A stretch of DNA of 64,000 nucleotides from an uncultured Candidatus Rokubacteria bacterium (GTDB lineage: Bacteria > Methylomirabilota > Methylomirabilia > Rokubacteriales > DASRDR01). The notes below the pieces were generated by a model. It saw nothing but the letters and a program-made list of their open reading frames with translations, made no database searches and was not told the origin of the DNA. Made by a program: the position numbers and the translations under genes. Shown one piece after another: positions 29,955-39,902 of the stretch (position 1 is its first letter; every line of letters starts with the position of its first letter). Location: the NCBI GenBank assembly GCA_963749975.1, contig CAVVOZ010000037.1, positions 205,935 through 269,934 on the forward strand, in the 5' to 3' direction.

Positions 29955-30650
29955 ATGACCGAGACCGACATTCGCGCGAACCTCGCCGCCGTGCAGGAGC
30001 GGATCGCCGACGCGGCCCGCCGGGCCGGACGTCGTGAAGACACCGTGCTCCTGGTGGCGGTGTCCAAGACGATCGACGTCGAGGGTGTGCGGGCCGCGAT
30101 CGCGGCAGGAGTGCCGGCGCTCGGCGAGAACCGCGTGCAGGAGGCTCGCGAGAAGATCCGCGTGCTCGGCCGGTCGCGGCCGTGGCACCTGATCGGGCAC
30201 CTCCAGACCAACAAGGTCAAGGACGCTCTCGAGTGCTTCGACCTGATCCAATCGGTCGATCGCCTGCCGCTGGCGGAGGCGATCTCGCGCCGGGCGGCCG
30301 AGGCGGGCCGCCGGGTCGACGTGCTGGTCCAGGTCAACGTCGGCGAGGAGCGGCAGAAGGGGGGCGTCCCGCCCGAGGAGCTCCGGCCCGCGCTGGAGGC
30401 CATGGCGGCGCTTCCCGGGCTCCGGCTGCGCGGGCTCATGGCGATCCCGCCGCTGCCCCGCGACCCCGAGGACTCCCGGCCGCACTACCGGGCGATGCGG
30501 AAGCTGCTCGACGATGCGAGGGGCTGGGGGCTCGGTGCCGAGCTCGCCGAGCTGTCGATGGGAATGAGCGGCGACTTCGAGGTGGGCATCGAGGAGGGCG
30601 CAACGATGGTGCGGGTGGGGACCGCGATCTTCGGGCCCCGGGGAGGCTGA
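29955..30650 (+). CDS. yggS: YggS-family pyridoxal-phosphate homeostasis protein
   Basis: 231 aa. VAVSKT (PLP Lys), HLIGHLQTNK, LSMGMSGDF motifs. Confidence 0.9.
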   Translation: MTETDIRANLAAVQERIADAARRAGRREDTVLLVAVSKTIDVEGVRAAIAAGVPALGENRVQEAREKIRVLGRSRPWHLIGHLQTNKVKDALECFDLIQSVDRLPLAEAISRRAAEAGRRVDVLVQVNVGEERQKGGVPPEELRPALEAMAALPGLRLRGLMAIPPLPRDPEDSRPHYRAMRKLLDDARGWGLGAELAELSMGMSGDFEVGIEEGATMVRVGTAIFGPRGG

Positions 30651-30700
30651 ACCGTGAACGCCTGGCGCTCTGGCGTCGCGCTCGGTCGCGAGGACTGACC

Positions 30701-31519
30701 ATGTCGGTCCGGGACAAGCGGGTCGGGTTCGTGGGTGGGGGCAACATGGGCGAGGCCCTCGTCCGGGGTCTCACCAAGACGGGGCTCATGCCGGTGGGGC
30801 ACCTCCTCATGGCGGACGTCCGGGCCGACCGGCTCGAGGAGCTGAAGCGGCTCTACGGCGTCGTCGTCATCCCGGACAACGTGACGCTCGTGCGGCGGGC
30901 GGACGTCGTCATCCTGGCCGTCAAGCCGCAGATCCTCGGTGGGGTGCTGGACGAGATCGCTCCCGCCACGCCCGGGAAGCTCCTGATCTCGGTGGCCGCC
31001 GGCGTGTCCACCAGCGAGATCCGGCGCCACCTGCCTCCGGGCACCCGGATGATCCGGGTCATGCCGAACACGCCGGCCCTGGTCCTGGAAGGCGCCACCG
31101 CCATCGCGCGCGCCGCCGGGCTCGAGGAGGGCGACCTGGACACGGCCCGCCAGATCTTCGAGGCCGTCGGCCGCGTCGTGATCCTGGACGAGGAGATGAT
31201 GGACGCCGTGACGGGCCTCTCCGGCTCCGGTCCCGCCTACATCGCGCTGGTCGTCGAGGCGCTCGCGGACGGGGGCGTCAGGGTCGGGCTGGATCGCAAG
31301 ACGGCGATGACGCTGGCCATGCAGACGGTCCTCGGCTCGGCGCGGCTCCTGATCGACACCGGCATGCACCCCGGCCAGCTCAAGGACATGGTCAGCTCTC
31401 CCGGCGGGACCACGATCACCGGCATCCACACGCTGGAGGCCGGGGGGCTCCGGCGGACCCTGATCGACGCGGTGGAGCGGGCGACCCAGCGGTCGCGCGA
31501 GCTGGGCCAGGGGCGGTAG
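30701..31519 (+). CDS. proC: pyrroline-5-carboxylate reductase ProC
   Basis: 272 aa. GFVGGGNMGEAL Rossmann. ..RVMPNTPALV.. and C-terminal dimerisation domain. Confidence 0.9.
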   Translation: MSVRDKRVGFVGGGNMGEALVRGLTKTGLMPVGHLLMADVRADRLEELKRLYGVVVIPDNVTLVRRADVVILAVKPQILGGVLDEIAPATPGKLLISVAAGVSTSEIRRHLPPGTRMIRVMPNTPALVLEGATAIARAAGLEEGDLDTARQIFEAVGRVVILDEEMMDAVTGLSGSGPAYIALVVEALADGGVRVGLDRKTAMTLAMQTVLGSARLLIDTGMHPGQLKDMVSSPGGTTITGIHTLEAGGLRRTLIDAVERATQRSRELGQGR

Positions 31520-31527
31520 GGGACGCC

Positions 31528-31821
31528 GTGTACGTGCTGGGCGATTTCCTGCTCGCGGTCGCGAAGCTCGTCGACTACGTCCTGTACGCGTACATGTGGA
31601 TCATCGTCATCCGGGCCCTTCTGTCCTGGGTGAACCCGGATCCCTGGAACCCGATCGTGCGATTCCTGCACCAGGTCACCGAGCCCGTCCTTCGACCGAT
31701 CCGGCGCCGCCTCCCGTACTCCTCGATCGACTTCTCGCCCCTCGTCGTCATCCTCGGCATCTACTTCCTCCAGTGGTTCCTCGTCCCAGTCCTCGTGAGG
31801 ACGGCATACCGGCTCGGGTGA
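31528..31821 (+). CDS. YggT-family membrane protein
   Basis: 97 aa with two hydrophobic segments. Typical dcw-distal position after proC. Confidence 0.75.
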   Translation: MYVLGDFLLAVAKLVDYVLYAYMWIIVIRALLSWVNPDPWNPIVRFLHQVTEPVLRPIRRRLPYSSIDFSPLVVILGIYFLQWFLVPVLVRTAYRLG

Positions 31822-31844
31822 GACGGAGGCTCAGGAGGGACTCG

Positions 31845-32312
31845 ATGCGCATGACCGCGACCGACATTCGCCAGCAGCAGTTCGCGGTGCGACTCTTCCG
31901 GGGATTCGACCCCCAGGAGGTCGACGCGTTCCTGGAGGAGATGGCCGACGACGTCGAAGAGCTGTCCCGGGAGAACGCGCTCCTCAAGGAGCAGCTGGTC
32001 ATCGTCGAGGAGAAGTCCCGGGGCGTCGAGGGGCGGGAGAAGACGCTCCAGGAGACGCTCGTCACGACGCAGAAGATCGCCGAGGAGTTCAAGGAGAACG
32101 CCCGGCGCGAAGCGGAGCTGGTTCTTCGCGAGGCGCACCTCCGGGCCGAGAAGTTCATGCAGGACGCCCGGGAGGAGCACGCGAAGCTCACCGCCGAGGT
32201 CACCGCGCTCCGGCGGCTCCGGCGGCAGCTGGGCGAGGAGATCATGGGCACGATCGCCGCGCACAAGCGTCTCGCCGAGCAGGCGCTGGCGGAGGGCAAT
32301 GCCGCTTCCTGA
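31845..32312 (+). CDS. divIVA: DivIVA-domain protein
   Basis: RBS GGAGGGA. N-terminal MRMTATDIRQQQFAVRLFRGFDPQEVDAFLEEMADDVEEL (DivIVA lipid-binding domain) followed by coiled coil. Confidence 0.8.
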   Translation: MRMTATDIRQQQFAVRLFRGFDPQEVDAFLEEMADDVEELSRENALLKEQLVIVEEKSRGVEGREKTLQETLVTTQKIAEEFKENARREAELVLREAHLRAEKFMQDAREEHAKLTAEVTALRRLRRQLGEEIMGTIAAHKRLAEQALAEGNAAS

Positions 32313-32613
32313 GACCCGCCTGACCGTGGAGGTGCGCCCCCGCGCCGGCCGCGATGAGATCGTCGGATGGCAGGGCACTCGCCTCCGCGTGCGGGTGACC
32401 GCTCCGCCGGCCGACGGGGCCGCCAACGAGGCCGTGCGCGCCCTCCTGGCCGAACGGCTCGGCTGCGCCCCGTCGCGGGTCGAGATCGTCCGCGGCCACA
32501 CGGCCCGGACCAAGATCGTGCGGGTCGCGGGTCTCGCGCCCGCCGAGGCCGCCGCCCGACTCGCGCTGCCCGGGGTCGCGGGCCCGACCCGCGCCGCCGC
32601 CCGCTCCGCCTAG
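32299..32613 (+). CDS. DUF167 (YggU) family protein
   Basis: 104 aa. ..GRDEIVGWQGTRLRVRVTAPPADGAANEAVRALLAERLGCAPSRVEIVRGHTARTKIV.. matches the YggU family. Confidence 0.8.
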   Translation: MPLPETRLTVEVRPRAGRDEIVGWQGTRLRVRVTAPPADGAANEAVRALLAERLGCAPSRVEIVRGHTARTKIVRVAGLAPAEAAARLALPGVAGPTRAAARSA

Positions 32614-33671
32614 TGGGCGCGCCGCCGCTCGCGTTCTTCCCCGTCAGCTGGCAGCGGGATCGGCTGGTGCTGCTGGACCAGCGACGCCTGCCCGGGGAGG
32701 AGGTGTACCTCGAGTGCCGGACGTGGCCCGAGGTGGCGGACGCGATCCGCACCCTGGCGGTCCGCGGCGCGCCGGCGATCGGTGTGGCGGCGGCGTTCGG
32801 GGTCGCCCTCGCCGGGCTCACGAGCCCGGCGCGCGATGGCGACGCGCTTCTCGGGGATCTCGAGGCGGCCCTCGCCGGGCTCGCCCAGACCCGTCCGACG
32901 GCGGTGAACCTCTTCTGGGCGCTGGACCGCATGCGGCGGTACGCGCAGAGCCGCCGGGCGCTGCCCCTCGCGGAGCTTCGCGCCGGCCTCGTCGGCGAGG
33001 CGGAGCTCATCCTCGAGGAGGACGTGGCGGCGAACCGGCGGCTCGGGGCTCACGGGGCGGAGCTGGTCCCCGTGGGCGCGCGGATCCTCACCCACTGCAA
33101 CGCCGGCGGCCTCGCGACGGCCGGCTACGGGACGGCGCTCGGCATCGTGCGCGGCGCCGTCGAGGCGGGGCGGCGGCCCTTCGTCTGGGTCGACGAGACG
33201 CGGCCGGTCCTGCAGGGGGCGCGGCTCACCGCGTGGGAGCTGGTGCGCGAGGGCATCCCCCATGCGGTCATCGCGGACGTCGCCGCGGCCTCGACCATGG
33301 CCCGCGGCGAGGTGGACCTCGTCGTGGTGGGAGCCGACCGGATCGCCCGGAACGGGGACACCGCCAACAAGATCGGGACCTACGGCGTGGCGGTGCTGGC
33401 GCGTCATCACGGGATCCCGTTCTACGTCGCCGCGCCCTTCTCGACCATCGACTCCGGGATCCCTGACGGATCGGCCATCCCCATCGAGGAGCGGGACCCC
33501 CGCGAGGTCCAGGAGCTGGCCGGCCGGCGCATCACGCCGGCGGCCTCCCCGGCGCGGAACCCGGCCTTCGACGTCACCCCCGCCGCGCTCATCACCGCAA
33601 TCGTCACGGAGCGCGGCATCTACCGGGGGCCATACCACTTCAGCGGAAAGGCTGAGGGAGCCAGGCCATGA
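32613..33671 (+). CDS. mtnA: S-methyl-5-thioribose-1-phosphate isomerase (MtnA; eIF-2B alpha/beta/delta-like family)
   Basis: GTG start overlapping the yggU stop (TAGTGG). ..VRGAPAIGVAAAFGV.., ..THCNAGGLATAGYGTALG.., ..VGADRIARNGDTANKIGTY.. Confidence 0.85.
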   Translation: MGAPPLAFFPVSWQRDRLVLLDQRRLPGEEVYLECRTWPEVADAIRTLAVRGAPAIGVAAAFGVALAGLTSPARDGDALLGDLEAALAGLAQTRPTAVNLFWALDRMRRYAQSRRALPLAELRAGLVGEAELILEEDVAANRRLGAHGAELVPVGARILTHCNAGGLATAGYGTALGIVRGAVEAGRRPFVWVDETRPVLQGARLTAWELVREGIPHAVIADVAAASTMARGEVDLVVVGADRIARNGDTANKIGTYGVAVLARHHGIPFYVAAPFSTIDSGIPDGSAIPIEERDPREVQELAGRRITPAASPARNPAFDVTPAALITAIVTERGIYRGPYHFSGKAEGARP

Positions 33672-34810
33672 AGAAATACCATCTGCTCGCGCCGGGTCCG
33701 ACCCCGATCCCCCCCGAAGTCCTCCAGGCGATCGCCCGGCCGATCCTCCATCACCGCACGCCCGAGTTCGAGGCGCTCTTCGGGCGCGTGCGGGCGGGTC
33801 TCGCCGAGCTGATCGGGACGCGGAGCGAGGTCATCATTCTGGCGGCCTCGGGCACGGGCGCCCTGGAGGCGGCCGTCGTCAACCTGTGCTCGCCCGGGGA
33901 CGAGGTGCTGGTCGTGCAGTGCGGCAAGTTCGGCGAGCGCTGGAGCGGCATCGCTCGGGCGTTCGGCCTCACCGTCCGCACCATCGATGCGCCGTACGGC
34001 GAGACGGTGCCGCCCGAGCGCGTGGCGGCGGCCCTGGCCGCCCATCCCACGGCGCGGGCTCTCTTCGTGACCCAGAGCGAGACGTCGACCGGCGTCCTCG
34101 AGGACGTCGAGGCCTACGCCGCGCTCACCCGGCGGACCGCCACCCTGTGCGTCGTCGACACGGTCTCGTCGCTCGGCGTCGTGCCGTGCCCGATGGATGC
34201 CTGGGGCATCGACGTGGTGGTCGCGGGCTCGCAGAAGGGGCTCATGTGCCCCCCGGGGCTCGCGTTCGTCACTCTCAACGACCGCGCCTGGCGAGCGGCC
34301 GGAGAGGCGCGGTGCCCGCGCTTCTACTGGGACCTTCCCACCGAGCGGGGCTGGCAAGCGAAGCACCAGGGCCAGTTCACGCCCGCCGTGTCGCTCCTCG
34401 CGGGGCTGGACGTCGCGCTGGGGCTCCTTCGCGCGGAGGGGTTCGCGGAGGTCTATCGGCGCCACGACCGGCTCGCGCGCGCGGCGCGGGCGGGGGCGGA
34501 CGCGCTCGGCCTCGCCCTCTTCGCCCGGGCGACGCCGAGTCCGGCCGTGACGGCGATCGTCCCGCCGGCGGGGATCGACGGCGAGGCGATCGTGCGGGCG
34601 TACGGGTCCGAGGACAACATCACCATCGCGGGCGGGCAGGGCGAGATGAAGGGGAAGCTCTTCCGGCTCGCCCACCTCGGCTGGGTCGACGAGTCCGACC
34701 TGATCGTCGGCCTCGCGTCGCTCGAGCGCGTCCTCGTGCGGCTGGGGGTGCCGGTGGAGCTGGGCGCAGCGGTCGCCGCCGCGCAGCGGATCTTCGTCAA
34801 GGAGAGCTGA
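33668..34810 (+). CDS. class V aminotransferase (serine--pyruvate / alanine--glyoxylate aminotransferase family)
   Basis: 380 aa. ..LLAPGPTPIPPEVLQA.. N-terminus and the AGSQKGL PLP-lysine motif. Confidence 0.85.
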   Translation: MKKYHLLAPGPTPIPPEVLQAIARPILHHRTPEFEALFGRVRAGLAELIGTRSEVIILAASGTGALEAAVVNLCSPGDEVLVVQCGKFGERWSGIARAFGLTVRTIDAPYGETVPPERVAAALAAHPTARALFVTQSETSTGVLEDVEAYAALTRRTATLCVVDTVSSLGVVPCPMDAWGIDVVVAGSQKGLMCPPGLAFVTLNDRAWRAAGEARCPRFYWDLPTERGWQAKHQGQFTPAVSLLAGLDVALGLLRAEGFAEVYRRHDRLARAARAGADALGLALFARATPSPAVTAIVPPAGIDGEAIVRAYGSEDNITIAGGQGEMKGKLFRLAHLGWVDESDLIVGLASLERVLVRLGVPVELGAAVAAAQRIFVKES

Positions 34811-35137
34811 GCCGGCGGTGGGCGTCCCGGCTGTCAGGCGGGGGCTCGTCACCGACTCACTCCAGGAGATCGAGGTCGACGCGATGCCGGCCGTGCCGGC
34901 CGACGAGCTCGTCCGGCGGATCCGAACAACGACGTGCCGGGCGTCATCGGACGGCTCAGCATCCTGCTGGGCGCGCGGGACCAGCGTCGCGAGCATGCAG
35001 CTCGCGCGGCAGCCGCCCGGCGGCTGGCCGCCGCTTCCTTCCCCCCTGTTCCCGCCCGCCGGCCCGCCGTGACACAGCCCGCGCCGGCCCTGGGCGGGCT
35101 CTAGCGCCAACGACCCCCTTCGGACTCTGAAGGAGGG

Positions 35138-35839
35138 GTGATGTGTCCCAGCGGCGGGGACTCTGACTACGACATCATCGTCGTCGGGGGTGGACCCGCC
35201 GGGTGCGCGTTCGCGCGCACGATGGCCAGGCAGGCGCGGGCTGGCCGGTTACTGCTGATCGATCAATCGCGGTTCCCCCGAGACAAGGTATGCGGCGACG
35301 GGCTGACCTACCAGGCGATCCCGGCCGTCCAGGAGATCTTTCCCGAGCTAGCCGGGCTCACTCCCTCGGCTAGCTGCACGTCCCGGCAGATCCTGTCGTA
35401 CCCCAATGGTCGCGTACTCGTCCGGGAGGGCCAAGCTCTCGACGTCATCCCGCGTCTGGACTTCGACAACACCCTGTGGAAGGCCACTGCCGAGTCCGGC
35501 GTCGAGACACTCGAGGGTGCCCACGTGAGCGCGGTGCTCGTCGACGGTCACCGCGTGCACGGCCTGAGGCTCCGGGACGATAGCGGCGAGCGGACGCTGA
35601 CTTGCCGGATGCTGGTCGGGGCAGATGGGAGCCGGAGCGTGGTCCGCCGCGCGACGGGATCCACCACGGACGACTACGTGATCCACGCCCTTCGTCAGTA
35701 CGTCAGGGGCATTCCCGATTCGACTGACGGTCTCTTCCTCTTCTTCGACCTGGAGTATCGGGGCTACTTCTGGATCTTTCCCTTCGTGCGCGGTGGCGAG
35801 CGCTGGGCGAACGTGGGAGCGCGTGCAAGAGAGAGATAA
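35138..35839 (+). pseudogene. FAD-dependent oxidoreductase, geranylgeranyl-reductase-like, 3'-truncated
   Basis: DIIVVGGGPAGCAFA FAD-binding N-terminus with a GD-type motif (KVCGDGLT). The ORF stops after 233 aa whereas the family is about 380-400 aa. The stop coincides with the onset of an AT-rich 160-bp patch (35826-35990). Confidence 0.6.
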
Positions 35840-36254
35840 TAAAAGTAGCAGGAATTATGACGTGGCGGCCTATGAGAGCAGGCGTGGATAGTTAGAGGAA
35901 GAGTATAGCCAGGCGCCGGTGCAAGGTGCTGGCGCCTGTGTGGACCCATCACGATAGTGAAAGAGGATAGATTCACTGAGAAGACATATGGGCGAGCCGT
36001 GGAGGCTTGGCCCCGGACCAGGGCGCGCGGACCGCGAATCTCGCACTCGCCGGCTGGCGGCCGCCGCGGGCCGCTGACGCTGCACCGCGGCGCGAGTCCA
36101 TCTCCCGACGCCCCGCGCCGGTGCCGTCGAGCCGCTCGCCCCGCCTCATGCTGCTGTACCGCCCCTCTTCGACCCGGCTGGCCCGGTCACCCTGCCGAGC
36201 GGGCCCCGTACAATGGTGGGGCGTGAATCCCTCGAGAGGAGCAGTCGCGCGCAG

Positions 36255-38080
36255 ATGGCCCGGTCACTGCTCCTGAGCTGCGAGGCGGTCGGCAAGGCCT
36301 ACGGGGCCCGGACGCTCTTCGACCAGCTGTCCTTCGGTCTCCTCGACGGAGACCAGGTGGGCCTCGTGGGGCCGAACGGCTCCGGCAAGTCCACTCTCCT
36401 CAAGATTCTGGCCGGGATCGAGCCCCCCGACCGCGGCACCCGCGCCGTTCGCGGCGGCATCCGAGTCGGCTACGTTCCGCAGGATCCGGTCTTCCTTCCG
36501 GCGGCACCGTCGACGATGTGCTCGCCGCCGCCCTGGCCACGGTGGAGGAGGACGAGCGCCCCGGGCGCATCGCCCAGACGCTCGGCCGCGCCGGCTTCGC
36601 GGATGGGCGCGCGGCGGTCGAGGCACTGTCGGGCGGCTGGAGGAAGCGCCTGGCGATCGCGCGCGAGCTGGCGGGCGCGCCCGACGTCTTGCTGATGGAC
36701 GAGCCCACCAACCACCTCGACGTGGATGGCATCCTCTGGCTGGAGGGCATTCTCGCCGATCGGGCGCGCGCCGTCCTCGTCGTGAGCCATGACCGCTACT
36801 TCCTCGAGCACGTGGCCACCCGCATGCTGGAGCTGAACCGCGCCTACCCGGACGGCCTGTTCCAGACCGATGGCGGGTACAGCGAGTTCCTCGCCCGCCG
36901 CGACGAGTTCCTGCGCGGCCAGGCCGCCTACGAGGAGTCCCTGGCCAACACGGTCCGCCGCGAGATCGAGTGGCTGCGGCGCGGCGCGAAGGCGCGCTCC
37001 ACCAAGGCGAAGGGACGCATCCGGGAGGCCGGCCGTCTCATCGAGGAGCTCGGGGACGCCCGGGCGCGGGCCGCCGGCGGCACCGCCGGCATCGAGCTCC
37101 CGGCCTCGGCGCGCCGGACGCGCAAGCTGCTCGTCGCGCGGGGACTGTCGAAGGCGCTCGGGGGCCGCCCGCTCATCCGGGACCTCGACCTGGCCATCGT
37201 GCGCGGCACCCACGTCGGCCTCATCGGTCCGAACGGCAGCGGCAAGACGACGCTGCTCGACCTGCTCGCCGGCACCCTCGCTCCCGACGCCGGCGAGATC
37301 GAGCGGGCCGAGGGACTGCGGCTGGTCCGCTTCGACCAGCACCGCGCGAGCCTGGACCCCGACCAGTCGCTCCGGCGCGCGCTCTCGCCGGAGGGCGACG
37401 CCGTCGTCTTCCAGGGTCGAAGCATCCACGTGGCCTCGTGGGCCAAGCGCTTCCTGTTCCGGCCCGAGCAGCTCGAGCTGCCCGTCGGCCGCCTGTCGGG
37501 CGGCGAGCAGGCCCGCATCCTCATCGCGCGCTTGATGCGGGAGCCGGCCGACCTGCTTGATCCTGGACGAGCCGACGAACGACCTGGACATCCCGACGCT
37601 CGAGGTTCTCGAGGACAGCCTCGCCGAGTTCGAGGGAGGCCTCGTGCTCGTCACCCACGACCGCTTCATGCTCGAGCGCGTGTCCAACGTCATCCTGGCC
37701 CTCGACGGCGAAGGCGGCGCCGAGACGTTCGCGGACTACGCGCAGTGGGAAGCGACCCGGGCCGTCCGGGCGGCGGCGCCGCGCGAGACCAGTCCATCAG
37801 CGCGGCGGCGTCGACGCGCGCGCGGCCGAGGACGAAGCGCCTCGGATATCTCGATCAGCGCGAGTGGGACGGGATGGAGCGGGCGATCCTGGATGCCGAG
37901 AACGCCGTCGAGGCGTGCCGGCGGGCGGCGGAGGACCCCGGCATCGCGTCGGACCCGGCGGCGCTCCAGACCCGCTACGCAGCGCTCCAGGCCGCGCGCG
38001 TCCTGGTGGACCGGCTCTACGCCCGCTGGGCCGAGCTCGAGGCCAAGCAGCCTGACGGGTACTCAGGCGCCGGATTGAGG
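36255..38080 (+). pseudogene. ABC-F family ATPase (Uup/EttA-like), frameshifted at least 3 times
   Basis: N-terminal ABC domain (GLVGPNGSGKSTLLKILAG, LSGGWRKRLAIAREL, LLMDEPTNHLD) and second ABC domain (GLIGPNGSGKTTLLDLLAG, LSGGEQARILIARL, then out of frame, LILDEPTNDLD in the next frame). C-terminal coiled coil (..YAALQAARVLVDRLYARWAELEA..) is in a third frame. The 3' end is approximate. Confidence 0.7.
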
Positions 38081-38689
38081 AACTCTCTGACTTCCTTGCG
38101 CCTGGCGAGCGTCACACGGACCGAGGGCTCCATGAGGGCTCCGTGACTCTTGACAAGAGGTCGGCCTGGACGTAGAAGGTCTGCGTCTGGCGCTTCGCGC
38201 CATCCGCTGAAACCAGCCAGCCATCGTCGACGATCCTCGTCGGGTAGCCAGCCACTCATCCGGGCCGCACTGCGCGCGCTCGGGAGGAGTCTCTGGATGC
38301 CCGGGTGGTGGGCGCTCGAGCCTCGGATCGGCCGTCCGGTTAGGATTCGTCCGGATCCTCCATCGCCGGATAGGCCTGGCCTCCCGCCTCGTCGTCTGCA
38401 TCGTCGGGTTCGCCGGCCTCTCGCCTGGATTCCCCGGATGAACGTCATCGAGCTCCGGCGCACAGGCCGGGGCAAGGGCCGCGGGGGGCGGGCGAGCGCG
38501 GGAGCGAGAGGGAGCTGAGGGGTGAGCGGAGCCGGTTCGACGGGGAGACGGGGGAGAACGCGCGGGCGGCCGGTCACGCGCGGAGGACGAGGAATCAGGA
38601 GCTCCGAAGGCGGCAAGGGTGCCGCGCGGGTTGTCGGGGCGAGGCCCGGCGACGTCCACGAGTGCTCGGACGGCTGAAGGGGCTCGGAG

Positions 38690-38850
38690 CCGGTGCCGGT
38701 TTCCGCTACGTGGGAGAGCGTCCGGCGGACCTGTCGAACTCCGTCACGCTGCCGGACTACGTCGTGGTCGACGCCTCGCTCTTCGATCGCCGCGGACGGC
38801 TGTCTCTCGATCTGAACTTCAAGAACGTGACCAACGAGACGCTGACGATC
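38690..38850 (+). pseudogene. TonB-dependent receptor C-terminal fragment
   Basis: ..GAGFRYVGERPADLSNSVTLPDYVVVDASLFDRRGRLSLDLNFKNVTNETL.. matches the last beta-strands of TonB-dependent receptors. There is no upstream barrel or plug. Confidence 0.4.
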
Positions 38851-38899
38851 CCGGGGTCCAGGTCGCCGATCCCCTCAGCGCCGCAGGCCCTCGACGACC

Positions 38900-39886
38900 G
38901 GGGCGAGCATCTCGATCCCCTTCGGGCCCGGCGGGATGCACGAGGCTCAGCGTCAGGTGCTGGACCCCGACCGCCTCGAAGGTCCGGACGTGCGCCAGGA
39001 GCTCGTCGGTCGTCCCCACGCGCGCCATCTGGCGCATGCCGCCGAGCTCGAAGACCGAGACTCCCGGCGGCGCGGTGACGTCCGGGCACGCCCGGCCGCG
39101 GCTCCCCGGGCCGCGTCGAGCGCCACCCGGGTCCCGGCCGCGTGCGCTGATGGTCTTCGGGTCGCGCTTCGCCTCGGCGCACGCGCGGTCGAGCGCCTCG
39201 AACCGGCTGCCGCACGTCGCTCGCGACGAGATGGTAGTCCGCGTCGTACACGGTCGGCGTAGCGGGCGGCGAGCGCCATCATGCGGGGGCGCTGGGCGCC
39301 GATCAGGATCGGCGGGCCGCCGGCGCGCGGGCCGCGCGGGGCGAGGACGCAGTCCCGCGCCTGGTAGTACTGCCCCTGGAAGTCGACCCGGCCCTCGCGG
39401 AGGAGCGGCACGATGATCGCGAGGGCCTCCTCGAAGCGCCCCACGCGGTGGTCGTAGGGGATGCCGAAGGCGTGGTACTCCGGCTCGTGCCAGCCGGCAC
39501 CGAGCCCGAGGACGACGCGCCCGTCCGACACCTCGTCGAGCGTGTCCGCCATCTTCGCGAGGATCGCCGGGTTCCGGAAGCCGGTGCACGCCACGAGCGG
39601 CCCGAGGTGGATGCGGCTCGTCGCCTCGGCCGAGGGCGGCGAGGATCGTCCACGACTCCCAGATCCCGCGGACCTTCCCCTCCGGCATGTTGACCTGCAT
39701 GAGGTTGTCCGGCGGCGATTTCCGGAACAGGAGGTGGTCGGGCAGGAACAGCGTGTCGACGCCGACCGATTCCGCCGTGCGGGCCATCTCCCGGAGGTCC
39801 GCCCAGCGGACGGGCCGTCCCTCGCCGAGAGCTCCGGCGCCGATCGGAAGCATGAGTCCAAGCCGCATCCTGTCCGTACCTGTCAC
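38900..39886 (-). pseudogene. luciferase-like monooxygenase (LLM) / F420-dependent oxidoreductase family, frameshifted
   Basis: N-terminus (MRLGLMLPIGAGALGEGRPVRWADLREMARTAESVGVDTLFLPDHLLF..) is in one frame. The middle (..RIHLGPLVACTGFRNPAILAKMADTLDEVSDGRVVLGLGAGWHEPEYHAFGIPYDHRVGRFEEALAIIVPLL..) is in a second frame. Confidence 0.6.
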
Positions 39887-39902
39887 GCGCTGCTCCTCCC
39901 GG

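Noticed and set aside
35990-36250. Several 70-120-aa ORFs (35957-36226+, 36007-36276+, 35870-36085-) in the gap before the ABC-F gene
   Set aside because: They overlap in different frames, have no RBS or motifs, and sit in GC-rich filler next to a truncation scar. They are treated as non-coding.
36213-36260. Upstream extension of the ABC-F ORF (MVGRESLERSSRAQ...)
   Set aside because: ABC-F proteins begin right at the first ABC domain (M..LLS.E.V.K.YG...). ATG 36255 gives that N-terminus, so the extension is likely untranslated.
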